Below are positions 9,255 to 19,328 of a DNA stretch of 64,000 bases, in pieces. Position 1 is the stretch's first letter, and each line of letters opens with the position of its first letter. The position numbers and the translations under genes were made by a program. The notes beneath the pieces were generated by a model, which did no database searches, was not told the DNA's origin, and saw nothing but the letters and a program-made list of their open reading frames with translations. The stretch comes from Candidatus Sumerlaeales bacterium (GTDB taxonomy: Bacteria; Sumerlaeota; Sumerlaeia; Sumerlaeales; Sumerlaeaceae), in assembly GCA_038243585.1 (NCBI GenBank), contig JBBSQY010000009.1, forward strand, positions 10,858-74,857, read 5' to 3'.

Positions 9255-10270
9255 CAACAGCTAACCTATCCCATACAACACCCATCTATCGCGGAGAAGC
9301 CGCTGGCAGACAGAATTTTAAAAATGCTCAGGACGCTCAAACTGTATCACAGAGCAAATTCCTGTCCGACGTTTTGACTGGGCTGGCCAGTTCGCCAAAA
9401 ACGCTGCCATGTAAGTATTTGTATGATGCCCACGGGTCTAAACTGTTTGATCAGATTTGCGAACTGCCGGAATACTATCCGACGCGTACGGAGATTGGTA
9501 TTTTGCGCCGGCATCTGCCGGAGATGGCGGAGTTGCTGGGTCCCAAGGCGCAGGTGGTGGAATATGGCTCTGGCAGCGGGCTGAAAACGCGATTGCTTCT
9601 GGACGCACTTCACAGCCCGACCGGCTGTGCATTAATAGAAATTTCGTGCAGTCATTTGGAAAACTGTGCAAGAAAGATGCAGGGAGAATTTTCTCATCTT
9701 GAAATCAGCGCCGTATGCGCCGACTACACACGACCTGTAAAATTGCCGGAAGCACCGGACGGAACGGCGCGAAAGATTGTCTTTTTTCCTGGATCAACTA
9801 TTGGTAATTTTGACTCGGAGGATGCACAAAGTTTTTTGAAAGCGATGGCTGAAACTGTCGGCACGGGAGGCGGTCTGCTGATCGGCGTAGACCTGCGAAA
9901 AGATCGGGCGATCCTGGAGCCAGCGTATGATGACGCGGCGGGGGTCACGGCCGAATTTAACCTGAACCTGTTGCAGCGCATTAACCGGGAACTCGGCGCG
10001 AATTTTCCACTGAAAGATTTTGAGCATAAAGCGATTTATAACTCGAAGCTTGGCAGAGTGGAGATGCACCTTGTTTCGAAGTCTAACCAGGTTGTGCGAA
10101 TCGCCGGAAAAGCGTTTGAGTTTAAAGTTGGAGAGACGATCCACACGGAGAACTCTTATAAGTATACCATCGCTGGATTTAAGAGGATGGCTACATCGGC
10201 GGGCTGGAATGTCGAGCAGGTGTGGACGGATGACGATAACTTGTTCAGCGTGCAGTATCTGACGACGTAA
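9251..10270 (+). CDS. egtD: L-histidine N-alpha-methyltransferase EgtD
   Basis: Motifs: SPKTLPCKYLYDAHGSKLFDQICELPEYYPTRTEIGIL, VVEYGSGSGLKT, FFPGSTIGNF, SYKYT. The ATG at 9251 overlaps the egtB stop as ATGA. The ORF-track start at 9116 lies inside egtB. Confidence 0.88.
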   Translation: MTTANLSHTTPIYRGEAAGRQNFKNAQDAQTVSQSKFLSDVLTGLASSPKTLPCKYLYDAHGSKLFDQICELPEYYPTRTEIGILRRHLPEMAELLGPKAQVVEYGSGSGLKTRLLLDALHSPTGCALIEISCSHLENCARKMQGEFSHLEISAVCADYTRPVKLPEAPDGTARKIVFFPGSTIGNFDSEDAQSFLKAMAETVGTGGGLLIGVDLRKDRAILEPAYDDAAGVTAEFNLNLLQRINRELGANFPLKDFEHKAIYNSKLGRVEMHLVSKSNQVVRIAGKAFEFKVGETIHTENSYKYTIAGFKRMATSAGWNVEQVWTDDDNLFSVQYLTT

Positions 10271-10271
10271 T

Positions 10272-10292
10272 GCAAAAGCCAATGGGCTTTGC
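10272..10292 (+). terminator. Hairpin immediately after the egtD stop (possible terminator)
   Basis: GCAAAAGCC-AATG-GGCTTTGC forms 8 bp with one bulge. The T-run follows only after about 15 nt, so the call is weak. Confidence 0.4.
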
Positions 10293-10358
10293 GGAAGTAG
10301 ATATTTTTCAAATCTGACTCGAAAACTGGAGTTTCCAGCAGGGATGTACCCGGCTCCA

Positions 10359-12581
10359 TTATGGTTTATAATTCACTAATTCCGCGCCCTTATGATAGTC
10401 GATAACCGCGGACATAGGAGCTATGTCTTCCCATGCATTATTGCCGAAATTTACGGTCACGGTAGCCTTGTCACCAAACGTTGATTTCTGGACAGTGCGA
10501 TCTGGGCTCAGCCACTCAAAGCTGGTCATTCCTTCATAAAAGATCTCTCTGTGAAAAGGACTGAAAACTTTGTAATAAGGCAGAAAGTCCTTAAGCCACT
10601 TAGTGAGTGTCTGACCGATAACGTGGTCCAGCGGAGGTACGCCGTATAATAATTCTGTCAGGCGAACCGTCTGCCAGTGATTGGAAAACTTCCGGGATGG
10701 AAACCCCCATTGATGGGTCGGGACCACACTGTCACCAAGGGCGATGGAATAGAGGGGCAGACGAAATACCGGGTCAAAGTGAAATTTTACAAGTTCCTCT
10801 TTTAGCATGACCTGCTTGAAAAAGACTTCGGGCGCGTTTGGGGGCCAGTAGCGGCCGAGATAGTATGGGGACGACTTGTCGCGATACATCTGTTCGTCAC
10901 CCCAGGCTATGCCGGGAGTCATCATTCCATGGGCAAATGCGATAGCCTGGGTTGCACATGAGATACCGCCTTCTGAGCCGATAACCAGGCCATAGCTTTG
11001 TGCCGCCCATTGCATCCGTTCCAGTCTGGACGCCAGGTCACTTTGCTCTGTCTGGGGGTATTTGTCAGAATAGCTGTCGTAATACTGCCCGAATGCGTCG
11101 CAGTCGAAGAACCAGGAATTGAAAGGCACCTGCTTCATCAGGCTACCAATTCGTTTTTCGACATAAGGTCGGGCAGCGGCTGGGCTTAAGAGGCGGCCTT
11201 TCTGCTTAAATCCCGGCTTTGATTTACCATCCGGGTCGATAATCGCGCCGGTGGCATACAGCTCCTCGCCGAATTGTGCGGTCTCCCAAGTCTCGGATTC
11301 TGTGGGTGAATGCATGCTGTGATAGGAATCATAAGGGCCGATAAGGTAGCCGTTCTTTTCCGCCTGTTGCACCGCCTCGGGGTGACCTAATCCGGTACGC
11401 CATGTATCCAGGCCGATCCATAGCCGGTCGATGCCTGCGCTCTTCAACTGATCCATAATTTTTATGGAAAGGCCACCTCCCCAGTCAGCGGGCGGCTTTA
11501 GAGTTTTTGGAAACATTTCCGTCAGCTTTTCAGAGCCAACCCGAAGCCTTTCCGGCTCAGTAGCGGTGGTGGCCAGTGTGTCCCCCCAGTCCCGGATCAG
11601 CCGATTCGCTTCAGTTATAAATGCCTGTTTTGCATAGACTCCCGGCCATTCCTCAGTCGCCAGGGCGCTCAATGCGTCTTTCTCTTCCGGGGTTGCCTTT
11701 TCAAAGAAGATGGACCCGGGTAAAATTTTGTTTTGGGACGCTTGCTTTAACGCGGCGGACAAGCCTTTCCAATCACTCACATCCTGCAGGTTAAGGGTCT
11801 CTTCTCCCCACACATAAATATGCGCGGCCCCCGCCAGCCTTTCAATATTGGGTATTTTATCCGCTTTTTCAGACAGGGGCAGCCACTCGTTCTCATTCAT
11901 TATCCAGCGCCGGAAGGCCAGGGCCGGTGCTGTTGGATTGGGCGCTTCCAGGCTGACCGAAACCTGGTATGCGGAGCCGAGGGATGCCGTTGTGAACTGG
12001 TGCGTCGCGGCCATTGAGAGCGTTTGCAACGGACCAGTGGTGAAGGTGATATCGTTGTGAAATTGATTTTTAAATAGCCATGTGGCGGCGTGAGCTTCAT
12101 TTAACAATCCAGCGAACGGCATGGAAAAACCTTCGGTCATCCGCATGGGCGACTGATGGATCAGGTGGGACTGCCAGTCCATATCGTTGACGGGTACGTA
12201 CGCACCCATCCCCAGTGGCATCACAAATGCAGATTTTTCGTCAGGTGCATCAATAATGGGCCAGGTTATACTTTGGGGAGAAGAGGTCTGTACGACGAAG
12301 TGAAATCCCTCGGCATCGAGCGATGCGCGATAGTTTATCCTTCGGGCGGGGTCGGTCCATGAGAGAGAAGTTGTTGTCACCGCAGTCAGCGATACGGATG
12401 ATTTTAATGATTGGGCGCGCGAGACGTATGTCGTGCCGCCCGTGGATTTCAGATCGACAGACAGAGTGGCTGGATCTACCTGCGCTTGGATATCCCCGTT
12501 GATGAGGCTTACCGGCGTGGCGGAGATTATCGTGGGTAATAGAACGGCAGCCAGTGCCGCGAGTCGAAATGGTATCGCCAT
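10359..12581 (-). CDS. Secreted hypothetical protein, possibly a glycoside hydrolase of a family I cannot assign
   Basis: This is a long uninterrupted ORF with GC3-rich codons. I chose the start at MAIPFRLAALAAVLLPTIISA (signal peptide, GGAAG upstream). The ORF-track start at 12719 would overlap the uvrA start. The hydrolase idea rests only on its size, Trp/Tyr-rich composition and neighbours. Confidence 0.7.
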   Translation of the reverse strand: MAIPFRLAALAAVLLPTIISATPVSLINGDIQAQVDPATLSVDLKSTGGTTYVSRAQSLKSSVSLTAVTTTSLSWTDPARRINYRASLDAEGFHFVVQTSSPQSITWPIIDAPDEKSAFVMPLGMGAYVPVNDMDWQSHLIHQSPMRMTEGFSMPFAGLLNEAHAATWLFKNQFHNDITFTTGPLQTLSMAATHQFTTASLGSAYQVSVSLEAPNPTAPALAFRRWIMNENEWLPLSEKADKIPNIERLAGAAHIYVWGEETLNLQDVSDWKGLSAALKQASQNKILPGSIFFEKATPEEKDALSALATEEWPGVYAKQAFITEANRLIRDWGDTLATTATEPERLRVGSEKLTEMFPKTLKPPADWGGGLSIKIMDQLKSAGIDRLWIGLDTWRTGLGHPEAVQQAEKNGYLIGPYDSYHSMHSPTESETWETAQFGEELYATGAIIDPDGKSKPGFKQKGRLLSPAAARPYVEKRIGSLMKQVPFNSWFFDCDAFGQYYDSYSDKYPQTEQSDLASRLERMQWAAQSYGLVIGSEGGISCATQAIAFAHGMMTPGIAWGDEQMYRDKSSPYYLGRYWPPNAPEVFFKQVMLKEELVKFHFDPVFRLPLYSIALGDSVVPTHQWGFPSRKFSNHWQTVRLTELLYGVPPLDHVIGQTLTKWLKDFLPYYKVFSPFHREIFYEGMTSFEWLSPDRTVQKSTFGDKATVTVNFGNNAWEDIAPMSAVIDYHKGAELVNYKP

Positions 12582-12709
12582 ATTTTGCTTCCGATCGTCT
12601 CTTAAATACATTAAGCTCAGATGCGTTGAATCAGCAAATGTATTCGCGTGGGGTCTCTGACACTTCTTTGTGAAGCGGTGATGCTGAACAGATGTACTAG
12701 CCTGCACAT

Positions 12710-15550
12710 ATGCCTCCAAACGATTCCATCATTATAACCGGTGCGTCTGAACATAACCTGCGACACATCGATGTGACCATCCCCCGTGATAGTCTTACCG
12801 TTATCACCGGGCTGAGCGGCAGCGGCAAATCATCCCTGGCGTTTGATACAATCTACGCAGAGGGACAGCGCCGTTACATGGAATCGCTGTCGGCCTATGC
12901 GCGGCAGTATCTGGATCAGCTCCAGAAGCCAAAGGTGGATTTTGTGGACGGCCTGAGTCCTGCCATTTCCATTGAGCAGAAAACCGTGTCAAAGAATCCG
13001 AGATCGACGGTGGGCACGGTTACGGAGATATACGATTATCTGCGTGTGCTGTACGCCAATGTGGGGCGGCCGTTTTGTCCGGATTGCAATTTGCCGATCC
13101 GGAAGCAGTCGCCGACGCAGATCGCAGATGCAATCATGGAGTATCCGGCGGGTACCAAGCTGATGATCCTGGCACCCGTGGTGCGCGGGCGCAAGGGCGA
13201 ATACAAGCAACTTTTTGACGACGCGTTAAAGTCGGGATTTACGCGGGCGCGGGTGAACGGTGCCATCTATGAAATGGATGATTTGCCGGTGCTTCGAAAG
13301 ACGCATAAGCATTCGATCAGTCTTGTGATTGACCGCCTGGTAATGGGTGGCGAAGTGCGTAGTCGTCTGGATGCGGCGATACATCAGGCGCTCGTCCGCG
13401 CAAAGGGTTTGCTTGAAGTGCAAACGCCGGATGATGAGAATGTTCGGCTGTTTTCAGAGCACTACGGCTGTCCTCAGTGCGGGGCATCCATCGCGGAAAT
13501 TACACCGCGACTCTTTTCGTTTAACTCGCCTTATGGGCAATGCAAAGAATGCCTGGGGCTTGGGTATTTCCCGGAGTTAGATCCCAATCGACTGATTGCC
13601 GACCCTGGCCTGTCCATTCGCGGTGGGGCGATGTCGGTGGATCGTAACCCGATGGCTATGCGCGGCGTCCGCTATGTGGATACGGATAGATCGTATCCGT
13701 TGCTGGCGCTGCAGGAGTTTTTCCAACTCGACCTGGATAAGCCGTTTGAGAAACTGAGTAGTCAGCATCAGAAACTCATCATGCACGGAAACAATAAAGA
13801 TAAGATGATGTTGGACAGCGCCCTTACGGGGAAGCCAACGAGCAAGCGTATTGGCGTTCGTTGGGAGGGACTCATCCCGGAAGTGGAGCGCCGGATGGCC
13901 GCCGGGGATACGGAGGTTGACCATTTTTTTCGTGACAGTCCGTGTACCGCCTGCGGCGCGGCGCGGCTTAAGCCGGAAGCACTGTCGGTGCGGCTGGGCG
14001 ATCTGAACATTGGTGAATTTTGCAAGATGTCCATCGAGCGTGCTTCTGAATTTATGGAAGCCTTGAAGCTGACTGATCGCGAGCAATTACTGGGCGAACA
14101 GATTCTGCGGGAGGTGCGAGAGCGCCTGCAGTTTTTGCGAAATGTGGGGCTGCAATATCTGACGCTGGAGCGGCAGGCGGGTAGCCTGAGTGGGGGAGAG
14201 GCGCAGCGAATGCGCCTGGCCACGCAGATCGGATCGCAGCTTACCGGCGTGCTTTATGTGCTGGATGAGCCGAGCATCGGTCTCCATCAGCGGGATAATG
14301 AGAAGCTGGTGGAAGCCCTTATTCGTTTGCGTGATCTGGGGAATACGCTTATTGTGGTGGAGCACGACGAAAGCACCATGCGCGCGGCTGACTATATTAT
14401 CGACATGGGCCCGGGGGCGGGCAGGCTTGGTGGCGAGGTTGTTTTTCAGGGCACAGCGGCGCAAATGCTGGCGGATGATCTTTCGGTGACGGGAGAATAT
14501 CTGCGGGGGACGCGAAAGATTCCTGTGCCCAAGACGCGGCGAGAGATTAACCCCGATCGAGTATTGAAAATACGCGGGGCGAAGGAACATAACCTGCGCA
14601 ACATTGATGTGGTTTTTCCGCTGGGTGTGTTCACCTGCGTGACCGGGGTAAGCGGCAGCGGCAAAAGTACGGTCGTGGACGACATTCTGTACGCCGCGCT
14701 GACAAATCACGTGTATGGCAGCGGCCGGGCAGTGGGCAGCTATGAGCGGATGGAGGGGCTGGATCAGGTGGACAAGGTGGTGGACGTGGATCAGTCTCCC
14801 ATCGGACGCACCCCGCGCTCAAATCCCGCCACCTATACGCAGGTTTTTACCGCTATTCGAGACTTGTTTGCCCAGCTGCCGGAGAGCCAGATTCGCGGCT
14901 ATCTGCCCGGCAGGTTCAGCTTCAACGTGAAGGGCGGACGCTGCGAGGAGTGTAAGGGGGACGGCATGAAGCGCATGGAGATGCACTTTTTGCCTGATAC
15001 TTATGTGGAGTGTCAGGTCTGTCACGGACGGCGATTTAACCGTGAAACCCTGGAAGTGCGGTACAAAGAGAAATCCATTGCCGATGTGCTGGACATGACT
15101 ATCGAAGACGCTTGTGAGTTTTTCAGCGCCCAGCCGGGCATCTGTCATAAAATGAAGACGCTGCATGACGTGGGCCTGGGTTATCTGACGCTGGGCCAGA
15201 GCGCGACTACGCTGAGCGGCGGCGAAGCGCAGCGGGTGAAGCTGGCCAAAGAGCTGAGCAAGCGAGCGACAGGGCGAACGGTTTACATCCTGGACGAGCC
15301 GACTACGGGACTGCATTTCGAGGACATTCGAAAACTACTGGATGTGCTCCAGGCGCTGGTATCTCACGGCAACACGGTAATCGTCATCGAGCACAATCTG
15401 GACGTGATCAAGACTGCCGACTACCTGATTGACATGGGTCCGGAAGGTGGCGAACATGGCGGTCTGGTGGTTGCGACAGGTACGCCGGAGCAGGTGGCGA
15501 AAAACAAAAAAAGTGTGACCGGGCGGTTTATTAAGGGCGTATTGGGCTGA
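12710..15550 (+). CDS. uvrA: Excinuclease ABC subunit A
   Basis: Two ABC modules are present: GLSGSGKSSLAFDT and GVSGSGKSTVV Walker A motifs, two LSGGEAQR signatures, and the zinc motifs CPQCG...CKEC and CEECKGDG...CQVCHG. Confidence 0.97.
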   Translation: MPPNDSIIITGASEHNLRHIDVTIPRDSLTVITGLSGSGKSSLAFDTIYAEGQRRYMESLSAYARQYLDQLQKPKVDFVDGLSPAISIEQKTVSKNPRSTVGTVTEIYDYLRVLYANVGRPFCPDCNLPIRKQSPTQIADAIMEYPAGTKLMILAPVVRGRKGEYKQLFDDALKSGFTRARVNGAIYEMDDLPVLRKTHKHSISLVIDRLVMGGEVRSRLDAAIHQALVRAKGLLEVQTPDDENVRLFSEHYGCPQCGASIAEITPRLFSFNSPYGQCKECLGLGYFPELDPNRLIADPGLSIRGGAMSVDRNPMAMRGVRYVDTDRSYPLLALQEFFQLDLDKPFEKLSSQHQKLIMHGNNKDKMMLDSALTGKPTSKRIGVRWEGLIPEVERRMAAGDTEVDHFFRDSPCTACGAARLKPEALSVRLGDLNIGEFCKMSIERASEFMEALKLTDREQLLGEQILREVRERLQFLRNVGLQYLTLERQAGSLSGGEAQRMRLATQIGSQLTGVLYVLDEPSIGLHQRDNEKLVEALIRLRDLGNTLIVVEHDESTMRAADYIIDMGPGAGRLGGEVVFQGTAAQMLADDLSVTGEYLRGTRKIPVPKTRREINPDRVLKIRGAKEHNLRNIDVVFPLGVFTCVTGVSGSGKSTVVDDILYAALTNHVYGSGRAVGSYERMEGLDQVDKVVDVDQSPIGRTPRSNPATYTQVFTAIRDLFAQLPESQIRGYLPGRFSFNVKGGRCEECKGDGMKRMEMHFLPDTYVECQVCHGRRFNRETLEVRYKEKSIADVLDMTIEDACEFFSAQPGICHKMKTLHDVGLGYLTLGQSATTLSGGEAQRVKLAKELSKRATGRTVYILDEPTTGLHFEDIRKLLDVLQALVSHGNTVIVIEHNLDVIKTADYLIDMGPEGGEHGGLVVATGTPEQVAKNKKSVTGRFIKGVLG

Positions 15551-15614
15551 AGGCGGGCGGAACCCTTAAAATAGATTTCATGGACGTTAAAAAGTGTCTG
15601 ACTGCTACTTAGCG

Positions 15615-16352
15615 TCAGAGACCGTCTAGTTTGTCTATAAAATCCATCGGTTCTGTGGAGTCCGTGCAGTCCACCGGTGCCACAACGTCTATCAGTGTTG
15701 CAGAGTCGTTCCGGACGCTGTTCACCATTGTTGATACCGGATGCATGGTAAGGGCGCCTACTGGTGCGGGTTTTAAAAAAATGCTTAATGTGTTCGCGTC
15801 TTCGTTGCGGGTATCCAGCCAGGTGGGAATCCGGTCAGCGGGAATCATTACCGGCATGCGGTCGTGCATGGAAGAGAGCATTTTGTTGGCGGCGGTGGTC
15901 AGGATGGTGCAGCTTTCGATCTGTTCACCGTTGGGGCCGTCCCAAATTTCCCAGAGACCAGCGAGGGCCAACGGGTTGGCGTCGGCACTTTTGATAAGCC
16001 AAGGCTGCTTCTTGTTGTCGGCTACACGTCGCCATTCGTAAAACCCGCTGGCTGGCACCACGCATCGCCGTCGGCGCAGGGCGTGGCGGAAAGATGGCTT
16101 TTCGGCGGCGGTTTCACATCGGGCGTTGATCATTTTGCTGCCGATGGCCGGATCTTCCGCCCACGGCGGAATAAGGCCCCAAAGTACATGGGCAACTTCA
16201 CGGCCTTCCGGAAAGCTTAGATTCTCCCGGACAATGAGCACTGGCTGGGTCGGCGCGATGTTGTATCGTCCGGCATATTGCGGCGGAATGGAGACATGAA
16301 AGAAATCTTCAATCTCTGGCCGGGTGTGATATAGGGTGTAGCGTCCGCACAT
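15615..16352 (-). CDS. SOS response-associated peptidase (SRAP/YedK family, abasic-site DNA-protein crosslink)
   Basis: The family-defining N-terminus MCGRYTL requires Cys at position 2, so the start is set at 16352 rather than 16394. Other family features: NIAPTQ, WGLIPPW, FYEW. Confidence 0.9.
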   Translation of the reverse strand: MCGRYTLYHTRPEIEDFFHVSIPPQYAGRYNIAPTQPVLIVRENLSFPEGREVAHVLWGLIPPWAEDPAIGSKMINARCETAAEKPSFRHALRRRRCVVPASGFYEWRRVADNKKQPWLIKSADANPLALAGLWEIWDGPNGEQIESCTILTTAANKMLSSMHDRMPVMIPADRIPTWLDTRNEDANTLSIFLKPAPVGALTMHPVSTMVNSVRNDSATLIDVVAPVDCTDSTEPMDFIDKLDGL

Positions 16353-16408
16353 GATTATTAGTACAATGGTTGTGGCCGAGGAATTTTGATTCATAGGTGT
16401 GACGGATA

Positions 16409-16443
16409 AGCAAAAGACCCCGCTGCCTGCTGCGGCAGCGGGG
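16409..16443 (-). terminator. Intrinsic terminator after pnp
   Basis: A perfect 10-bp stem CCCCGCTGCC/GGCAGCGGGG with a 6-nt loop is followed on the minus strand by TCTTTTGCTT. It lies about 30 nt past the pnp stop. Confidence 0.65.
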
Positions 16444-16472
16444 TGTATTAGTCATTTTTATTTGTTACTAAC

Positions 16473-19031
16473 TCAGCTCAGTTCGTTTTCAACATCCGTG
16501 TCAAAGCGCGAAGTTGTTGGATCTGACGGCTTAAGCTGTTCGCCCAGGGGTTCTTCCCTAGGCTTCTGTGGCTCCGCATCAATGGACGGGAATGCACCGG
16601 TTATGTGATCATCTACGCGGGGCTGAGCTGGCTGCGATTCAGGGCGCGGAGTGCGGTCCCGGTCGCCGGTGCCGCTTGAAAGGCCAGCGCTGCCGCCGGA
16701 AAGGCTTGCGCCGCTCCCGCCGCCGCGAGGTCCGCGATCACGATCGCCACGGCCTCGGCCACCACGATCTCCACGATCATTACCGCCGCCACTACGCTCG
16801 CCACCGCCGGCATTGCCGCCGCTGCGGCCTGCACGGTCGCGGTCACGTTCGCCGCGACGCTCGCGACGTCCGTCGCTTGTGCCGCCGCCACCGCCGCCCT
16901 CTTGGGCTTCAGTGTGCGTGCCGGGTTCCATGGCCTGTTTGCGGGAAAGACGAATCTTGCCGCGCTCATCTACGCCGATTACCTTGACGACGATTTCATC
17001 GCCAACCTGGCAGACGTCTTCAACTTTTTCCACGCGGCGGTTTTCGAGCTCGCTGATATGCACAAGCCCATCTCTGCCGGGGAGGATTTCCACGAAGCAG
17101 CCAAACTCCGCAATGCGGTTGACCTTGCCGGTGTAAATCTGGCCGATTTGCGCTTCGACAGTCAGATCCTTGATCCACTGGATGGCGCGGGCCATGGCTT
17201 CGCCGTCGGCGGACGCTACTGCTACGCGGCCACTATCGTCGATGTCGATCTTACAGCCCGTCTTGGCGACGATCTCTTTAATAACCTTGCCGCCGGAACC
17301 GATAACGTCTTTGATCTTCTCAGGGTTGATCATGATGGTTTCGATGCGCGGAGCATATTCCGACATCTTCTCGCGAGGCGTCTGGATGGCTTCGTTCATT
17401 TTGCCAAGGATATGGATGCGTCCGGCCTTCGCCTGCTGCAGAGCCTTTTCCATGATCTCGATGGTGACGCCTTCAATTTTAATGTCCATCTGCAGAGCCG
17501 TAATACCTTCGGCAGTGCCGGAAACCTTGAAGTCCATGTCGCCCAGGTGATCTTCCAAGCCCATGATGTCGCTGAGAACCGCATAGCGGTCGCCTTCGAG
17601 GATCAAGCCCATGGCGATACCGGCAACAGGTGCCTTGATAGGCACGCCGCCGTCCATCAATGCCAGCACGCCGGAGCATACTGAAGCCATGGAAGATGAA
17701 CCATTGGATTCTAGAATCTCAGAAACAAGGCGGATGGTGTAGGGGAACTGGTCGTGAGGCGGGAGAATCGGAGCAATAGATCGCTGAGCCAGCGCGCCGT
17801 GGCCGATTTCGCGACGGCCAGGGCCCATCATGCGGCGTACTTCGCCTACGGAATAGCTTGGGAAATTATAGTGCAGATAGAAGGTGCGTTCCGAAACTTC
17901 TTCCAGATCGTCAATCTTCTGTGTGTCGTCACCGGTGCCGAGGGTTAATACGCCAAGGCTCTGGGTCTGACCACGGGTGAATACTGCGCTGCCGTGGGTA
18001 CGGGGAAGAACAGCCAGATCGCAGTTGATCTGGCGGATTTCGTCCAGCTTGCGGCCGTCGGCGCGGGTGTTGGTATCCAGCACCGCGTTACGCATAGCCT
18101 TCGAGTATTCTTCCTCCAGGGCGTCTTTCAGCACGAGCTTCACATCGGGATACTCTTCGATGAGGGCCTCAGTGGTTGACGTCTTGATCTGGTCAAGAGC
18201 CGCGTTGCGCTCAGCCTTATCATAGATGGTGGCCACTTTTGCATATTGCGGCTGGGTAAGAGTGCGAATTTTCGTGAGCAGAACTTCGTCCTGTGCGGGC
18301 TTCTGCCAGGCTTGCTTTGGCTTGCCAACTGCGCGGCGCATATCTTCCTGAGCTTCGCAAAGTCTGATGACTTCGTTATGGCCAAAACGGAGGGCGCCGA
18401 GCATCTGCTCTTCGGTCAGCATTTCTGCGCCGGATTCAACCATGGTGATAGCGTTCTTGGTGCCGGCCACGATCAGGTCGAGCTTAGCGTCTTTCTGCTG
18501 CTCACTGGTTGGGTTCAGGATGTAGTTCGTGCCGTCAAAGCCAACGCGCACAGCTGAAACCGGATTTTCAAAGGGAATGTCGGAAATGATAAGAGCGGCG
18601 GAGGCAGCGGTAAGGGCTGCCACGTCTGCAGAGTTTTTTCCGTCATAGGAAAGAATGCTGATATAAACTTGGATTTCCTGCTTAAAGCCCTCGGGAAACA
18701 TGGGGCGCAGGGGACGATCGATAAGCCGGGCGCGAAGAATTTCGGATTCCGCCGGGCGACCTTCGCGTTTAAAAAATCCGCCGGGCATACGGCCTGCGGC
18801 GTAAGATTTTTCACGGTAGTCCACCGTGAGTGGGAAAAAGTCCCGGGGAACATCGCTGGGAGGAGCCATGACTACGGCGGCCAGTGCGACTGTTCCTCCA
18901 ACGCTTGCGATGACTGTTGCGTTTGCCTGTTTGGCAAGTTTGCCGGTGCCGAGCACCAGGTTTTCCGGGCCGAATGGCACCGATTTCTCGTAGACAGCGG
19001 TTACGCTGACCTGACCGTTATTTTCGGTCAT
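16473..19031 (-). CDS. pnp: Polynucleotide phosphorylase with an about 148-aa Gly/Arg-rich C-terminal extension
   Basis: Two RNase PH domains, then KH and S1 domains (GKVNRIAEFGCFVEILPGRDGLVHISEL). I chose the start at MTENNG (19031), which has AAAGGAAA upstream. The tail is described in the findings. Confidence 0.95.
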   Translation of the reverse strand: MTENNGQVSVTAVYEKSVPFGPENLVLGTGKLAKQANATVIASVGGTVALAAVVMAPPSDVPRDFFPLTVDYREKSYAAGRMPGGFFKREGRPAESEILRARLIDRPLRPMFPEGFKQEIQVYISILSYDGKNSADVAALTAASAALIISDIPFENPVSAVRVGFDGTNYILNPTSEQQKDAKLDLIVAGTKNAITMVESGAEMLTEEQMLGALRFGHNEVIRLCEAQEDMRRAVGKPKQAWQKPAQDEVLLTKIRTLTQPQYAKVATIYDKAERNAALDQIKTSTTEALIEEYPDVKLVLKDALEEEYSKAMRNAVLDTNTRADGRKLDEIRQINCDLAVLPRTHGSAVFTRGQTQSLGVLTLGTGDDTQKIDDLEEVSERTFYLHYNFPSYSVGEVRRMMGPGRREIGHGALAQRSIAPILPPHDQFPYTIRLVSEILESNGSSSMASVCSGVLALMDGGVPIKAPVAGIAMGLILEGDRYAVLSDIMGLEDHLGDMDFKVSGTAEGITALQMDIKIEGVTIEIMEKALQQAKAGRIHILGKMNEAIQTPREKMSEYAPRIETIMINPEKIKDVIGSGGKVIKEIVAKTGCKIDIDDSGRVAVASADGEAMARAIQWIKDLTVEAQIGQIYTGKVNRIAEFGCFVEILPGRDGLVHISELENRRVEKVEDVCQVGDEIVVKVIGVDERGKIRLSRKQAMEPGTHTEAQEGGGGGGTSDGRRERRGERDRDRAGRSGGNAGGGERSGGGNDRGDRGGRGRGDRDRGPRGGGSGASLSGGSAGLSSGTGDRDRTPRPESQPAQPRVDDHITGAFPSIDAEPQKPREEPLGEQLKPSDPTTSRFDTDVENELS

Positions 19032-19328
19032 AGTGTTTCCTTTCGCTGGCATGCCCAAAAACGCGAAGATTCCTATTGTGGTAAACTCCGGGCCTGGAAA
19101 GGGGAACGTCGGGATTTTAGGTTACGGCACAATGCAATTCGCACACACGTTTGCGCCGCCACATAAAAGCCCGCAGCCACCTCGGCCAGACAATGCCGGG
19201 CATGCCCATCTTACTATTAGATTGGTCTTTTACAAAAATGCTATAACACGGAGTTGCCGGCTTGTTCCCTGAAAAGGGTAATTAATGCGACCCCGGGAAG
19301 CAGGACGGGCCATCGTATTATTTTTAAG

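Noticed and set aside
16568-17136. Repetitive-looking DNA and several overlapping ORFs (16568-16987, 16613-16969, 16651-17136) that could be mistaken for a repeat array or a Pro/Arg-rich gene.
   Set aside because: The repetition is the codon-level echo of the Gly/Arg-rich PNPase tail. There are no regularly spaced direct repeats with unique spacers, so this is not a CRISPR array or an independent gene.
19281-19310. A GGGAAGCAGGAC stretch reminiscent of the SRP RNA helix 8 motif (GGAAGCAGCC).
   Set aside because: The flanking sequence does not form the required symmetric/asymmetric loop helix, and the GNRA tetraloop context is missing. I treat it as a chance match.
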